Origin: Klebsormidium nitens
Taxonomy: Eukaryota; Plantae; Klebsormidiophyceae
Direction of reading: 5' to 3'
DNA: 64,000 bases
Assembly (NCBI GenBank): GCA_000708835.1
Contig: DF237038.1
Coordinates: 144,901 to 208,900, forward strand
Position numbers and translations under genes: made by a program. The notes beneath the pieces were generated by a model that did not search any database, was not told the DNA's origin, and worked only from the letters and a program-made list of their open reading frames with translations. Below, piece by piece: positions 43,240-55,342 of the stretch; position 1 is the stretch's first letter; the number at the start of each line of letters is the position of its first letter.

Positions 43240-45459
43240 TCAGGTCTTACTATGTTTTGAAACAGCACAAGAACTGGAATTGTACTCATGAAGAATACAT
43301 TTAGTCAAATGTAGCTCGGAACTTGAAGGAATAACTTTTGGAACTGAAAGCTCACCTTCCTGCTGCTCCAACGTCACTGTTTCATCCTTTGAACCAGCTC
43401 CTTTCGGAGAGGACACAAATGGCGCCCGCATACAGTATATCTTCCACCTGAGCAGGTCGCATAGGCTCGCGTTCGGGTGCGACTTCAGCTCACAGCAGAG
43501 AGCTCCAGCCTGATATAGCAGGGAGACTAGCTGGACAAATATGACTGCTAGGAACTCAACCCTGTCTACATAAATTGGGGTAATGCGCGATGTGCCCTGA
43601 GAGTAGACGAGTGACCCAAACACCGCCTGGAGTAAAGTCCCAAAAATGGCTTGCACAAACTGCCTACCCGTGTAATAATCCTTGAGGTTGATGGGGTTGC
43701 CGCTCACGATGAGTTGCCCACCCAACTGGGAGGCCGCAGTGAGTAGGTCCAACAAAAGGGTCAATATAACCCCGAGAACCAGGAGCGGTGGGACCTTAAC
43801 CCATTGCAATAAAGTCAAGGCAGGCTCCCGCTCTGTATCTCGAGCAGGCACGTCCGCGAATGACGTCCCTGCCAGCTGCCAGTTAAGGTGGAAATTAACT
43901 CCCCCCAAGAGCTTAGTCTTAACCTGCTTAGCTTGCTTGCAAACACCGACATGCGCTAAAGCTACAGCGAGAACCAGCCCGGTTATCACATAGTTGAGCA
44001 GCATAACCCCAAGGAGGACGTACATTGGCCAAGTCCCAGCAATCGCCACCAAGAGAACCAGGTTAAGAACCAACCCTACAAGGGTAAAGACTGGCCCGGC
44101 GCCGCCAGACACGTATACGAGTACGGGTCTTAGGGTGGGCGAAGGCTGGGATACATTTCTACTGGAGCGCGTGGCAAGAAGATCTTCATAACCGGGGTAG
44201 AAGAAGTGAACGGCGAGGATGATCAGTAATAAGATCCCGAACCAGATGGCCCACGCAACAGCGATAACTATGGGGGCTTGGTCGTCCCGACACTTGTCCC
44301 CGCGGGGGGGCTTGAAGCGCGCTCCGGTATAGCTCGTTCCCATTGTCGGCAAAAGCTTCTCCAGCAGATTCGGGTCAACGAGGGAGTAGATATACGGGTT
44401 CTGGTCGAGCCGGAAATGCGTGGTGTTCAGGAACGTAAGGGTGTGCTGCCAGTTGTTCCCAACAACCATGGCCACTTTGCCCAGGCAAACCTGCTTCTTG
44501 TACGCCCGGGAAAGCCTACGGGCCGCTCGCGTCCCCCCAATATTCAGCCCGCACCCCACATCGTCAAAGCACGCCCCCCACAGACGTGGCGGTTCTTGCA
44601 AGGGGTTGAGTGTAAGGTCCAAATACCGCAGGTTTGGAAAGGCTCCAGGCTGCGACCAGGAAGGCGGCACCTTGGAAATTTTCCCCCCGACCGTAAGGAA
44701 CGCGAGGCTTGGGAAAGCTAGTGGAGCCGCCCATGCGTCGGGCAGGGTTGACAGCTGGTTCCCAAAGAGCCCGAGAACCTGAAGTGTGGGGAACGCATTG
44801 GGGTTGCTCCAAGAACTGGGGACTTCCTCGATGAGGTTCAGCTCAAGGCCCAGCAGCTGCAGCTTGGGGAAGGAACCGGTCTGCCCCCATGCTTTCGGGA
44901 GGACCACGATCCGGTTCCCCAGAAAGTCCAGCTCGAGAAGCTCTGGAAATGTCCCCGATGTGGCCCATGACTCTGGAAGGGTTTCGATGACATTGTAGGA
45001 GAGCAGCAAAGACTGGAGCTTGGGGAAACCGACGTCGCTGCTTCCCCACTCCTCCGGGACACTACTCAGAGAGTTGGAACTGAGGTTTAGCACCTGGAGG
45101 GCGCGGAACGCGCCCAGTGCGTTCCCCCAGGCACCGGGCAGGGGGCTGCTGAGCTGGTTGTTAGACAGGTCTAGCAGCTGGAGATCTGGGAAAGCGTCCG
45201 GGTAAGCCCACGACTGGGGCAAACTGCCCCCAATGCTGCGATTGGAAAGGTCCAATGCGATGCTTTCTGAGAGGCAAGAACAGGCTTCCGGCCAGGGAAA
45301 GTCCACCAGGGTGCGATTGGCGCCTTGGAAGACGTCACAACAAGGGCCCGGGACATCTATGCTGGCAAGCCGGGGGAAAGGCCCTAGGAGTAAAGCGAGC
45401 GCGACGGCGGCAATATGCAGGCACGACGTGCGCCAGACCCCAAATGTGTTGGGCGCCAT
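43240..45459 (-). CDS. Signal peptide + ~9 extracellular LRRs + ~6 TM helices; kinase-less LRR multi-pass membrane protein (739 aa ORF; a donor at 43355 may replace the last residues)
   Basis: Uninterrupted 2.2-kb ORF. Repeats follow LxxLxLxxNxLxxLPxxWxxxxxFPx, and six hydrophobic segments follow residue ~395. Confidence 0.9.
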   Translation of the reverse strand: MAPNTFGVWRTSCLHIAAVALALLLGPFPRLASIDVPGPCCDVFQGANRTLVDFPWPEACSCLSESIALDLSNRSIGGSLPQSWAYPDAFPDLQLLDLSNNQLSSPLPGAWGNALGAFRALQVLNLSSNSLSSVPEEWGSSDVGFPKLQSLLLSYNVIETLPESWATSGTFPELLELDFLGNRIVVLPKAWGQTGSFPKLQLLGLELNLIEEVPSSWSNPNAFPTLQVLGLFGNQLSTLPDAWAAPLAFPSLAFLTVGGKISKVPPSWSQPGAFPNLRYLDLTLNPLQEPPRLWGACFDDVGCGLNIGGTRAARRLSRAYKKQVCLGKVAMVVGNNWQHTLTFLNTTHFRLDQNPYIYSLVDPNLLEKLLPTMGTSYTGARFKPPRGDKCRDDQAPIVIAVAWAIWFGILLLIILAVHFFYPGYEDLLATRSSRNVSQPSPTLRPVLVYVSGGAGPVFTLVGLVLNLVLLVAIAGTWPMYVLLGVMLLNYVITGLVLAVALAHVGVCKQAKQVKTKLLGGVNFHLNWQLAGTSFADVPARDTEREPALTLLQWVKVPPLLVLGVILTLLLDLLTAASQLGGQLIVSGNPINLKDYYTGRQFVQAIFGTLLQAVFGSLVYSQGTSRITPIYVDRVEFLAVIFVQLVSLLYQAGALCCELKSHPNASLCDLLRWKIYCMRAPFVSSPKGAGSKDETVTLEQQEGELSVPKVIPSSSELHLTKCILHEYNSSSCAVSKHSKT

Positions 45460-45965
45460 TGTTTGGCGTCCTCATGACGCGTCCATTGTGTCCTCTGAAA
45501 CTCTCGTGATTGACTTCTTGGCGTTGGAGTCATGACTCATCATGTGAATGCAGGTTGATTAGCGTCTGCATTTGCCATAATAGTAATAGAGGCCCATGCA
45601 TGGCTCTCCTCTCAGATCTCTAGCTGGATAGGAGCTGCATACCGGTAGTACAATACAGGCTGGAGCTCAATCATGCAAACTCCAACCTTATTGGAACAGC
45701 CTGCGCAGGAAGAATACAAGCTTACAACCGCAGGCAATCACCGAGCGTGCAGCCTATTATGTGTAATAATATGGTGCCCTGGGCGACATGCAGCTAATCA
45801 AGATGCTCTGCAACAGCCTCTTTGGACTGCTCCAAATTGTGCCAATCTGCTCGGGTATGAAAGCTCGCGCTCCTTATGATGCAATTCTGAGTGCCGCAGA
45901 TTCCGAATCACGGAATCACACACATAATACATATGCATAGGTACTGGCAACTCACTTGTCTCCTA

Positions 45966-46115
45966 AGGGGCTTGTCTCCAAAAAAGGCAATGCCCCGGGC
46001 ACCATAACAAAAGGCCCTAACCCAGAAGTTTACGTGCTCCGCGCCTCTAGCCATTCTAACCACCAAACGTGCCCTACCCGTCCCCGGGCCTATGAACTCT
46101 AGGAGACAAGCCCCT
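45966..46115. mobile_element. 150-bp MITE-like element with 14-bp TIRs flanked by TA
   Basis: ta|aggggcttgtctcc ... ggagacaagcccct|ta. The inverted match extends to 20 bp with 1 mismatch (45960-45979 versus 46102-46121). Confidence 0.6.
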
Positions 46116-47456
46116 TACGAGATAACGGAGTTAACACCATATCACACCTGTGAATTGTGCTCCCAAAAGTCATGATGCCAGAGCCGGCCGGTTTGAGATG
46201 CGACGATTGTGGAGTCAACGTGTCGACCGTACTCAAGAGCAGGGATTCCCATGGACTTTCGTCCCGGCCAGCCAGCCACAGGCAGTCCCCCGGTTGTACC
46301 AGCTGGGGGGCAGGCGGTTGGCTCTACCGGCCAGCTGAGTGCCCTACGGACTTGTCGATTTTACCAGCTACCGAGCTGGCGGGGTGCCTTCGGCACCAGC
46401 CAGGGTCCCGTCCCGGCCAGCCAGGTCCGCCCCAGGCTGCCAGTTGTGGGAATCCCTGCTCAAGAGACTCACACTGCAGAGAGTCAAGGATCAAAGCTCC
46501 CAGCCCGCGTGCGCGCACGCCCGGCGCATCTGAGCTCGAAAGCCGCGCTGCTAGCGCGTGAGCGGTGATCGCATGCTCTGCTCTGCTCGCGGCCACAACA
46601 ATGTACCGAGACTCTCTGAATCTTCAAAAGCAGAAGAGCAAGTACGTCGAAGCAAGCGGGCTTTATGGCTTCGCAAACATCTGGAGTGCCGAGGAACGAG
46701 GAGGAGAAGTTCGAGACGTGAGGGCGGCATGCAGGTGCTATGGAGTGCATAGCCAGCACATGGTCCCATGCCGGCCATGTAGTAGAAGCCCATAAAGTAG
46801 TAATGGGACCAACGGTTGGATTCTCAACCCGCCATACCGGTCTGATGAGTCCACCGCGCGTGAGTCCATATCGACTGTATCGACGTGCAGATCATTCAGA
46901 GGGGCGAGGGAATTTCAGCGATGTTGGAATGTCGCCGGTGGTACATCTTGGTGCTCGTACTCGTGCCTTGTGGAGTGTGACGTTCTCCAAAGTTTCAAGC
47001 CTGCGAGAACACGAGCTGCTCGTCGCCTACGTGGTCAACCATGCACGTACGTACCGCCTGACATGTTGCCCATGCTTCGAAATGCATTGAACCAGGCAAA
47101 AATGGTGATAGAGTGCCTGGTCGAAACATGTGTGACCCAACTCCAAGGAGATGATGGCACGCGTTCGGTGCGCCGCGTACAGACCGAGCCAGGGTGCGGA
47201 AATCTAAGGCCGTATAGTTGGCCGAATTCCCTTGACGACGACCGAACTTGTGTGCCGGCGGCCGCCTCTTTCATGGTGTTCGCTAAGGAGTGTGGCAAGA
47301 GGACAAAAGGATAGGACCGTCAAATGCCACCCGAGGGAAGACGCAAACTCGACGGCAAAAGACGACGGCTCGGCTCATGATAACGACCGAAGTCCTTGAG
47401 TCTTGGCTGTTCTAGAGCCACTGTACCACACAGTGTCCGACATTCGCTGGTCCTTC

Positions 47457-50400
47457 TTACGACCAAGCTTCCACGTGGTACCGCCTGTTCTTCTCGAGAT
47501 CCTTGAGCCAAGCGGCAGCTTTCTGCTGCGTCATCTGGCCTTCCCGTTGCGCCACGATCTCGAGAGCAGTGGCCACGTCGGCGGGCATCTTGTTAGCAGA
47601 GCCGGCTACGAAGATCGACGCGCCAGCCTGCAATAACGAATGTGTACGAGAAACATGTGTTGGTCCACGAATAACGAATGTTTAAGATGCGTCTGCGACC
47701 AGAAGCAGATACCGGAATCTACAAACCGATGAGAAAGGACGCCTGACCGGAAGTGCGTGACAGAAAACACATGACCCCTCCATGACTGCGTGAGGGCCTG
47801 TTCGCATACATGAACACATACAGTCTCTCTCTCCTCAGCTTCCTAAACGATGCCAAACAAAGCCCAAGTCTGAAAGCAAAGAAGAAAAGCAAGGAGGGTA
47901 AACGAAACTTCTCTTCAGTTAGGTTCGGAAGGAGGACTCCGTTCGAGGGAGGAGACACGACAAGATACAACGGAACCCGAAAAAGGGGAAAGCAAGTCGA
48001 ACGAAAGAGCAAAAGCAAGACAAAACTATGCTGATTCAAAAGGAAGCCGGTTGCCGCACCTGGAGCAGCTGCCAGACTCTGCGGCCTGGGTCCTCAATCC
48101 TGTGCAAGATAGACTCAGGGTCGGAGGAAGAGTCCATTCAGGGTTGGAGACACGGCACTATAGAACGGTCAAAGCAAAGTTGGACAAAATGCTAAGAGGA
48201 ATACCAAAACCATGCTAAACAAAGGAAGGCAGTTGCCGCACCTGGAGCAGCTGCCAGACTTTGCGGCCTTGGTCCTTAATCTTGTGCGTGACGTACACTT
48301 TGAGCATCTGGTCCCGGGAGAACGCCACCGAGAGTCCCCCGCCGCGCGCCTCGCTCAGGACGCCCTCGCCGCGCGCGTACGAAAGCCACTGCACGCGCGA
48401 GCAAGCGCTTTAGTGCGCGAGCAAGCCCTTAATGTGCGAGCAAGCCCTAAATACGTGAGCACGCCCCTTGATGCGCGAGCAAGCGCCTTGATGCGCGAGC
48501 AAGCCTTTGGGTGCGCAAGCAAGGTCCTTCGAAGAATTCTTTCTACTCAACATATGTTTTAGATACTTCTAATCTGTGCTTACCCTTGAACAGTTGAGAG
48601 AAACTTGTCTGTACCTACTAAAACCTTTAGAGACCACCGCAAGCTACGCAAGCCCGTTCAAGAATCCTGAACAGCCTTAGGAACGCCTCAAACAAGACAG
48701 ACTGCGGTACGAATCACCGTAGTTTGGGGTGTGCAGCAACTGTGAGTGAGTGGAATGTCGGGCCGACTATTCGCGTCAGCCTGGGGGGTTTTGCGACAAA
48801 GACCAGGAAGATTCAAATGCTATGATTCAAAGGCCCATCGGAAAGCTTCGATGGGCCTTTAAGTGGAGCCTTCAGAAGGTGAAGCGCTTTTGGTTGGTTG
48901 GGCGGTAGCCTCCGACCTACGGCCGATTCTCCATGGCACAGAGTTCCATCTTCTATTGGAAGTTGTCAGGACTACGGTGAAATGCAGGCAAATGATGACG
49001 AACAAGATTCGAGGAAGGGTGTGGAGCGCCGACGAGGACGGGGAAAGTACGAAGCAGAAGAGACGGACAACGTCGCCCAGAAAATCTAGGAGCGTCGCAA
49101 TATAAAGCGCGCAATCCCGTTTGAAGGTGGAGGGGCCAAGATCAATGGTGAATGACATTGAAGGGGAGACGGGTCGAGTGACCCTGTACCTTCAAAACGC
49201 TAGCAAAACCTAAACGGGGAGAAGAAACTGCGAAGAAACTCCCAAGGGCAACGATCTGTGACGAATCCATCCAAGGAGAGGGTTCGAATGACCCTGTACC
49301 TTTAAAAATCAGCAAGAGCGACACCGGTGAACACCGGCGAAAACGAAACCGGGAGAAGAAATTGCACGGGAAGATGGGCCGACTGACCCTAAACCTTCAA
49401 ACACTAACGGCGCCGAAACCAAGAGAAGAGACCGCGAAGGAAGACGGGTCGACTGACCTATACCTTCAAACACCACAGCGAAGACGACAATATAAAGACA
49501 GGTAAACTGACCCCAGAATATCAAACACTAGCGAATCCGAAACCGGGTGAGGAAATTGCGAAGGAAAACGGGTCGACTGACCCTATACCTTTACCATCAA
49601 ACACCAGCGAAAGCAAAACCGCAAAAGAAAACTGCGAAAGGAACGCCGAAGCGCACCTGGTCCTTGTACAGAAAGTCGCCCTTCTCCCTCCGGCACCCGA
49701 AGAAGAACATGCACGGGGCGCCCGGCGTTCCGTTCCGCTCCAGTTCCGTCCTTTCTTCCAGAAACGACCGGAACGGGGCGCAGCCCGTCCCAGGCCCCAC
49801 CATAACCATTGGCACATTTGGCGGGGGCAGTTTTAGGAACCCCTTGGAGACCCACACAGGCAGTCGCACTGGTTGAGAGGGGTGGGGTTCGAGGGAGGCG
49901 AGCCAGTGCGAGCAGAGGCCGACACGTGTCCGCTTGTAGGGCGTTTGGAAGCGGACGACTGCGACGGTGACGTGGGCTTGGCGGGGGTGGGCTAGCAGGG
50001 AGGAAGAGATGGAGAAGGCACGTGCCTTTAGGCGGGGAACCTGCGGGAGCAGGCCGGGCTGATTGTTTGGTAAAAAACGAGAATAAAGAAACCGAAGGTA
50101 AAGACTTGGTTTCAGAAAGGTGAAGTGCAAAGGTTGTCTAAAGGTGGGCCAACAGGGAAGAGGGAATGGAAAAGGCACGTGCCTTTAGGCGGGGGACCTG
50201 CGTGGAGGCGAAGAACGATCGGTGGAAACGGCAAAGATGGTGAGAACAATCAGAGGGGTGACTACGGGAGAGTTGCTCAGGGGACTGCACGGGCACTCGG
50301 GCGAGGGACCTGCGGGAGCGGTGGGGCTTAGAAATACTATGGACGACGGGAGATCAAGAACACGAAGACGGTGACTTTCTTCCTAGGAATGGGAACGCGA

Positions 50401-53400
50401 CGCTTGCTTACTAGGAGAATTCTTGCCCTGGGGGACTTCTTGAGTCTGACAGGTTTGTTCTGGTGAGTTCGTCACAAAAGACGAAATTGGAACGTATTGC
50501 CAACTTAGACCAGGCTCTGAGGGTTGCTTGCATCATCCTGAGGCATGGGAGATGATTTGCCAGCGGTTTTTAGGCCAGAACGATAGGGACAAGGTCCATT
50601 TATCCATTTCGACGCGCACTCTGCCGAATTCGGCTGGCCTTGAAAGATGAGAGGTCCATTCAGCACCAAACAAAGCCAGTACGGGTTAGACAGACGTTAA
50701 CTCGAGGAGAAGCAAGCTTGCCAGCTGTCAGCGAACCGGTCCTACTTATCCTTACCTTTTGCATGATCCATTCGAGCGGCAGGTTTGCGGATGCAAGAAA
50801 TAACAGGAGGTCAGACAGCGGCACTCACACCGACAAATAAGCCACCAAGCTTCTTGATAGGGCTCTGAATGTCTTAGGAATACGGAAGTACGGAGGACAA
50901 CGAAAGCTTGCCAGCTGATTCTCACCACTTGCAGGATCCATTCGAGCGGCAGGTTCGCGGACGGGAAGTCGTCCATAACCTCGACCACCGTCCGGCGCTC
51001 CCGCTGGTTGTACCGGTACAAGTCGTCCCGCCCCTCGGCGGTCGCGAAGTACTGCAGCCGTTCGATCTCGTGCTCCGCAGTAGCGAAATGCGCGAGCACC
51101 TGGCAAGAAAATAGCAAGAAAATAGCAAAACTGGAGCCTTTGCAGGGATTGTAAACTTGGGGATGCGGAAGCGAGAAGCTTGAAAGAGAATGAGAGCTTT
51201 GCCTACAAATGAAAGGTTTGAGAACAGAAGTGAGAAACTCAGGGGCTATCGTATGCGGACGCAAAGCTTGTACGACTGAAGAGCTTCTGCTACAAATGGG
51301 AGAAGACTTGTAAAGCCTAAACATAGAACGTGCAAATAAGGCTTTGAAGACAACACCAGAAGAGGCGGATGCTCCATTACAATGTCCTATATGCTGAAGC
51401 AGGAAGCGGCAAAAGATGCACCCACAGCTTGTGAGAAATTCAGACAGCTCAGACCGATTCTCAATCGAACCAGGAGTATTCCTTCTATCCAATAACAGGT
51501 TGGAACATATAGCGGTGCTTTTTGGGCCAGCAGAGGCTCTCTAAAAACGGTCAAGAAATACATAATGACTTCCAAGGGCGTACGTTTACTGCAACATTTT
51601 CCCCCCATCTTCCTCACGTGTGCAGCTTCCGCTGAATCTTTCTCTCCGCCGAGCTGCCCCGTAGATCCATCTCTCCGCCTTTTGAGGTCTCTCCCAACTT
51701 CGAACACGTGGCAGCAGCATGGCTACGGTGTCACAAAATGTATTCGCAGAAAGGAGCTCACCTCGAAGAAGTATCGTCTAGGCGACGCCGACGCCACGTC
51801 CAAGGCCGCTCGGACCAGGGCCCCTATTCGGACAGGTCCAAAGCCGTTCCCTCCATCCCGGTCCATACCATTCCGGTCGAAACCATTCGCAGCCCCGGCC
51901 GCTTTTTGTACCTCCTCCACGCCCTCGACTCCACCCCGATCAACTCCTAGCTCCACTGGGTTAGGTTTGAGGTCAGCGTGCGGGTTAGGTCCTATGTTTG
52001 CATACGAATAATTCAAACTATTGTCCGATACACTTTGCTGAGCGTCCCCATTTGTGTGCTGAACATTCTGCTGACTGCTCGGACCATTCCGCTGGCCGTC
52101 CGCGCCATTCCGTTCGCCGTCCGCACCATTCCGCTGGCCGCCGGAACCATGCCGCTGGTCCTCCAAGCCCATCTGCTGGCCGTCCAACTCCCCTTCCCGC
52201 CCGTCCGTTCCAAGCTGTCGGCCATTCCGTCCGATTCTCCTCCCGTCCGATTCCGTTTGTCCGGCGTCCGGAACAGCACCTGACTCCCGCAGTTCAATTA
52301 CAACCTCCGCATCCGCATCAAGACCGCAGCGCTCGCAGAACCGCCGGACGACGTCAGGTGAGTTCTCGGGCATGACGTTGATGACGTCACCTGGAGCATA
52401 GGTCATGCCGGAGGCTCCGAGGTCCAGCTCGATGTGCCGGACGTCCTGCTCGTTGTCGGGTGACGTCAGTCTGACGTTGGCGACCTGGAAAGAGGAAACG
52501 AAAGAGCGGGACTCCAGTCAATCATGTCCTGAGACGGCACGTGGTTGTGCAAGGTATCTGGTGAAGCAGACAATTCCAGGATACGTACGAATGCACTCTA
52601 CCATGCAGAAGCCAACTGCTTTTCGTGACCTCTCTTGAAGAGAGACAACCTTGCCTCGAGCTTTCAGTTGAGCGCAAGTGATTGAACGACCGAAAGCAAC
52701 GGGTTTGAAAGCTGGCGTCGTTTGTTTCAACTTCTCGGAGGCACCTTCGTAAAAGTTGAAGCGTCTTTTCCAAAGCGGGCACTGGGATGCTTCTTTTCTT
52801 CATAGCGCGACCAGCCGCAAACCCAACAGCGAAAGCACGTAGGACTGGGACAGTCTGGATAGAGAACACATATCCAACATTTGGTATGTAGTGACCATAC
52901 TCACCATCGTGGCTAAGTACGGGTTCGCTTGGGAGTACCCCAGTCTTGCACCCGCTCCACCACCGGCTTTCACTTCCTGACCGGAACTAGCGCTCGTTGC
53001 AGCGTCCAGTACTGCAATCGCATGCAGGTTCTCTTCCAGTTCGTCTCCGCTCGCAGACGCCGTGGCGACCGTTGCGTTTCCGTTTCCAATCCGATCCGCT
53101 GCCCGTTCTGTTGAGTGTCCGTTTGCAGATGGCTGATAGTCCCTCTCTGGGCCCAGAACCCTGACTGCTCCTCCAATTGCTTCTCCAACAGCAGCAATCG
53201 ACGTCGCATCTCTTTCAGAGTTCTCGATCTCCCCGTTTTCTCGCAAGCCGACCCGCGGTTGTCCCAGGTTCTGCGAATTTAAACTTAACCCTGCCTTTGC
53301 ATCATTCGAAGGCGCTTCTGACAAAGGCTCAGGGGGTATTCTCTCTCCAGCTTTGCGCGCTGGCCGAGAGACGTAGGTGACCTTGAACTTGGGCGGATCG

Positions 53401-55342
53401 AGCACCAGTGCATCGCTTTCTGATGGTTCGGAAGCTCCGGGCGGCAGCGGGACGACGTGACGGAGCGCAGACCACAGATTTGCCAGCCACGGGTCCAGAG
53501 CCGCCTCGTACCTGCAGCATGACGTCAGGCTGACGTCAGACCTTCATACTGACCGTGATCATATCTGAAGAGGACCTTTGCTGCATTGAGGGTAAACCAA
53601 GACGGGTATCGCCTTGAGCTGGGGAGAGCTTGACACATGTTGAGTGTTTGTCGAGAATTTCCAACCGTAACAAGACTCCTCCGATTTTCAGGTGAAGACA
53701 TTCCAGAAACACCAGAGCGAAACGGCCCAAGACTACCCGTATCCATATGATGGAAACGTTATGGACTCCGACATGATTTTGACCAGGTCCTGAAATCGAT
53801 ATCACACGAACACATACAATGTGAGACAATCCACCGCCGGAAAAGCGTGTCAATGCAAGCTCCTGAAAGCTTTGACTCAACCACCTCGGCAAGGTATGAA
53901 AACGGTTTCACTGGGCCCCTGAGTAGCAGTACCCCTTGATGATACGTGAAGCCGATTGCGGTACCTGAAAGACTGAGATACGGTCTCATGCGGTCACGTT
54001 CTATATCAAAGAATGACAAACTGGCAAGCGCTCACAAACTTACCCGGATGGATGCTGATCGTCGCCCAGGCCCCGCGGCACGAGCGGCTGAGCCCCCAGA
54101 TCCAGCAACCTCCTGTCCAGCTTTTTGGCTGTAATATTGTACTTCTGGTAACCCGAATCTCCTAACCCGAAAACTGCATATCTCAGGTGCTGCAGGCACG
54201 CCGGCGGCAGGCTCTTCCTCAGCAGGAACCGCCAGAAGGCGCGCATGTTGTCGGGGGGATCCCCCTGGCCTGTCGTGGCCGCGACGAAGATTGCAGTTGT
54301 CGAGTGCGCAAGCAGAGTAGGATCGCAGCAGTCCATGGAGAGCACGAGAGGGGCATAGCGACGGCGAGACGCCTCTCGGGCGATGCGCTCAGCGACATCC
54401 TGTAACCAGAACAAATCGCAAGATAGGTGCCCAGGTCGCAAATGAAAGCTCTGGGACATCTGACAAGTTCGAATGTTTTCCGGACACTTGCAGATACTCA
54501 GAACAGTTGCCTAAGTTTCAGGGGCCCTTCCAGTGGCAAAAAGGTACCTAGCTGAGGAACCAAGTATGGCACTCAGAGTGCGAAGACTCCCGCCGGTCAC
54601 CAATCCTACTAGAGCAGACAAAAGAAGTTCCGTGTGCATACGTGACAGATGTGTATCATCTCTGGTTCTAACCATAGAGCACTGCTTGTCTTTGAAATGA
54701 CTTGCAATAGTGTACGGACCGCAGCCAATAGCTTGGAAAGAAGTTGGATAATAGATGATCGAATGAGTGACTCCTCTCACCAACTACTCACAACAAATAG
54801 GCTCGTGAGCTGGAGCTGAAGACCTGACACGACTTCGAAGACACAAGAGAAGAACACGGCTCTATGCAAAACAATGAAAACCCATGGTGGAATAGCAGGC
54901 ACTCAGAAAGAGGAGGCGGAAGAATTTCACGGTGGTGCGCAAGGCTGAGCTTCTAGTAGATCAATGCAGTGACGACTTAGCACATGTCACCTTACATAGT
55001 AAGCCCAATTAAAATCGCAAACAGGCCTGAAGCTTGACCAACAATTCAAATTACTGCCACCACGTCGATTCAGCTTGACTTTCTGAGCCCAATGGTTCTA
55101 CACAAGGGGCAACAGGATCAGACTCAAAACGATCCAAGCGTGGTGTCAAACCTTCATCCAACTTATGACCACCACTAGGAGCTAATTTCCACATGGTAAC
55201 CGGACCACGTTCTGAAATCCTTGTACCTCCGCGGACTGATGATCTGAAGATGGTTCAAGATGAAGGAAAAGAGCAGAGTGCTTTCACTCACCTGCGCATT
55301 CCCCGTCTGTGAAGCGTACAAAATCAGAAGCTTTTCCGCCAT
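47457..55342 (-). CDS. NDOR1: NADPH-dependent diflavin oxidoreductase 1 (NDOR1/ATR3/Tah18); exons 55342-55292, 54399-54044, 53511-52905, 52484-51762, 51099-50926, 50040-49657, 48388-48242, 47627-47457 (870 aa)
   Basis: Motifs: LILYASQTGNAQ, ATTGQGDPPDNM, YAVFGLGDSGY, RAFSISSS, GLCSHWL, MVGPGTGCAPFRSF, FFGCR, AFSRDQ, YHVEAWS*. All phases are consistent. Confidence 0.96.
48050..48112 (-). repeat. Copy of NDOR1 exon-7 end plus donor, 182 nt into intron 7
   Basis: The plus-strand string ttgccgcacctggagcagctgccagact..gcggcct.ggtcct occurs at 48233 (real) and 48051 (copy). Confidence 0.9.
48392..48525. repeat. ~20-bp minisatellite (~7 units, tgcgcgagcaagc core) abutting the NDOR1 exon-7 acceptor
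   Basis: Units such as gcgcgagcaagcgctttagt and gcgcgagcaagcccttaat are directly visible. Confidence 0.85.
48829..48860. other. Perfect 12-bp-stem hairpin in NDOR1 intron 6
   Basis: aaaggcccatcg-gaaagctt-cgatgggccttt. Confidence 0.6.
49150..49620. repeat. Degenerate tandem repeat (~6 units, core gggtcgactgaccctataccttcaaacac) in NDOR1 intron 6
   Basis: The core recurs near 49180, 49290, 49384, 49454, 49508 and 49578. Confidence 0.85.
50165..50800 (-). repeat. Junction copies in NDOR1 intron 5: exon-6 start plus acceptor (~50168-50200, ~50290-50320) and exon-5 end plus donor (~50750-50790)
   Basis: aggcacgtgcctttaggcgggg(a/g)acctgcg is duplicated. tgca(g/t)gatccattcgagcggcaggtt is duplicated, and that copy has its own GTAAGG donor. 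Confidence 0.85.

Noticed and set aside
49150-49620. Regularly recurring core with variable spacers, CRISPR-like at a glance
   Set aside because: The cores are degenerate, the spacers are related to each other, it lies in a eukaryotic intron, and there are no cas genes.
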